DNA from: Elusimicrobiota bacterium
Lineage (GTDB): Bacteria; Elusimicrobiota; Endomicrobiia; Endomicrobiales; JBDRNC01
Assembly (NCBI GenBank): GCA_043811535.1
Contig: JBDRNC010000021.1
Location: forward strand, 1-64,000
DNA length: 64,000 bases
Direction: 5' to 3'
Part shown: positions 63,321 to 64,000 of the stretch, in pieces
Numbering within the stretch: position 1 is the first letter of the stretch
How the letters are laid out: each line of letters opens with the position of its first letter
Program-made: the position numbers and the translations under genes
The notes under the pieces: model-generated
What the model was told of the DNA's origin: nothing
Database searches by the model: none
The model's input: only the letters and a program-made list of their open reading frames with translations

Positions 63321-64000
63321 TTAAAATCCTTCTTCTTCATCAGCAGAAATCGGTTTTACCGTCGAAACCGCCTGTTCGTAGTAATCCTTGGGTTCCGTTC
63401 CCTTAGCGAAAGATTCAAGATAAGCTCCGGGTGTTTTGCTGAGCGCCAGGAGCCCGGTCTGCGGATCTATCAGGCTGAAAATAATTCCATCGGGCGGAGT
63501 AAAGTTAAGCGCGGGCTGGCCGGCCAGCGCGCCTTTCATGAAATCGGTCCAGATGGGGCATGATATGCGGCCGCCGGTCATCTTATTACCGAGCCATAAC
63601 CTGTCGTCGTAGCCGACCCAGACTCCGGCGACCAGCTGGGGGGTGTATCCTAGGTACCACGCGTCGGTGAAGTCGTTTGTTGTCCCGGTCTTGCCGGCGC
63701 AAGGGCGGCCGAGCGAAAGCGCCGCCATCCCCGTTCCGCGCTGAACGACTCCCTGGAGCAGGTGAGTCATTATGAAACATGTCTGCGGCGAAAGTACGGC
63801 TTCTTCAAGAGGCTGATTTTCTTCGAGTATTCTTCCGTCCTTGTCTTCTATGCGGACTACCGCGTACGGCTGTGTCCTTATTCCGCCGGACGCGAGCACG
63901 GACATCGCGCTTACCATTTCCATGAGCGTCACGTCGCTTGAACCAAGCGCGAGTGAGAGCGTGTTCGTAAGCGGGCTTGCTATACCCATCCTGCGCGCGT
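63321..64000 (-). CDS. Class A penicillin-binding protein (PBP1A), C-terminal part
   Basis: SLALGS, GTG, AGKTGTTND, VWVGYDD; open to window end. Confidence 0.9.
   Translation of the reverse strand, partial: ARRMGIASPLTNTLSLALGSSDVTLMEMVSAMSVLASGGIRTQPYAVVRIEDKDGRILEENQPLEEAVLSPQTCFIMTHLLQGVVQRGTGMAALSLGRPCAGKTGTTNDFTDAWYLGYTPQLVAGVWVGYDDRLWLGNKMTGGRISCPIWTDFMKGALAGQPALNFTPPDGIIFSLIDPQTGLLALSKTPGAYLESFAKGTEPKDYYEQAVSTVKPISADEEEGF

Overview
Bacterial chromosomal window. The lineage may be Elusimicrobiota, but that is inferred from overall protein character and not verified. It holds the 3' end of tuf and an intact S10-spc-alpha ribosomal superoperon, with rpmD missing and rpmJ present although absent from the ORF track. 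This runs straight into mreBCD-mrdA-rodA, a radical SAM fusion and rng. Next come an AT-rich MqsR-like/Panacea toxin-antitoxin pair, an aminotransferase and rplU-rpmA-obgE-radC. The remaining accessory genes include two PilZ proteins, a degenerate YchF, a UvrD-nuclease fusion, orphan motAB/flbD, ppdK, GNATs, an ECF sigma/anti-sigma/Spy module, envelope proteins, a GH9-like multidomain protein and the 3' part of a class A PBP. No rRNA, tRNA, CRISPR array or transposase was seen. The most striking signal is non-coding: about 40 short elements built from degenerate tandem 7-mers (also 8-mers and 9-10-mers), usually as an arm plus a reverse-complement arm, in at least ten sequence families. They sit immediately after stop codons, often start with CAG, are copied between distant sites, form hybrid arms, carry nested GC-rich hairpins, and have entered several coding regions in frame. 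A candidate stand-alone sRNA and a repeated ECF promoter motif were also found.
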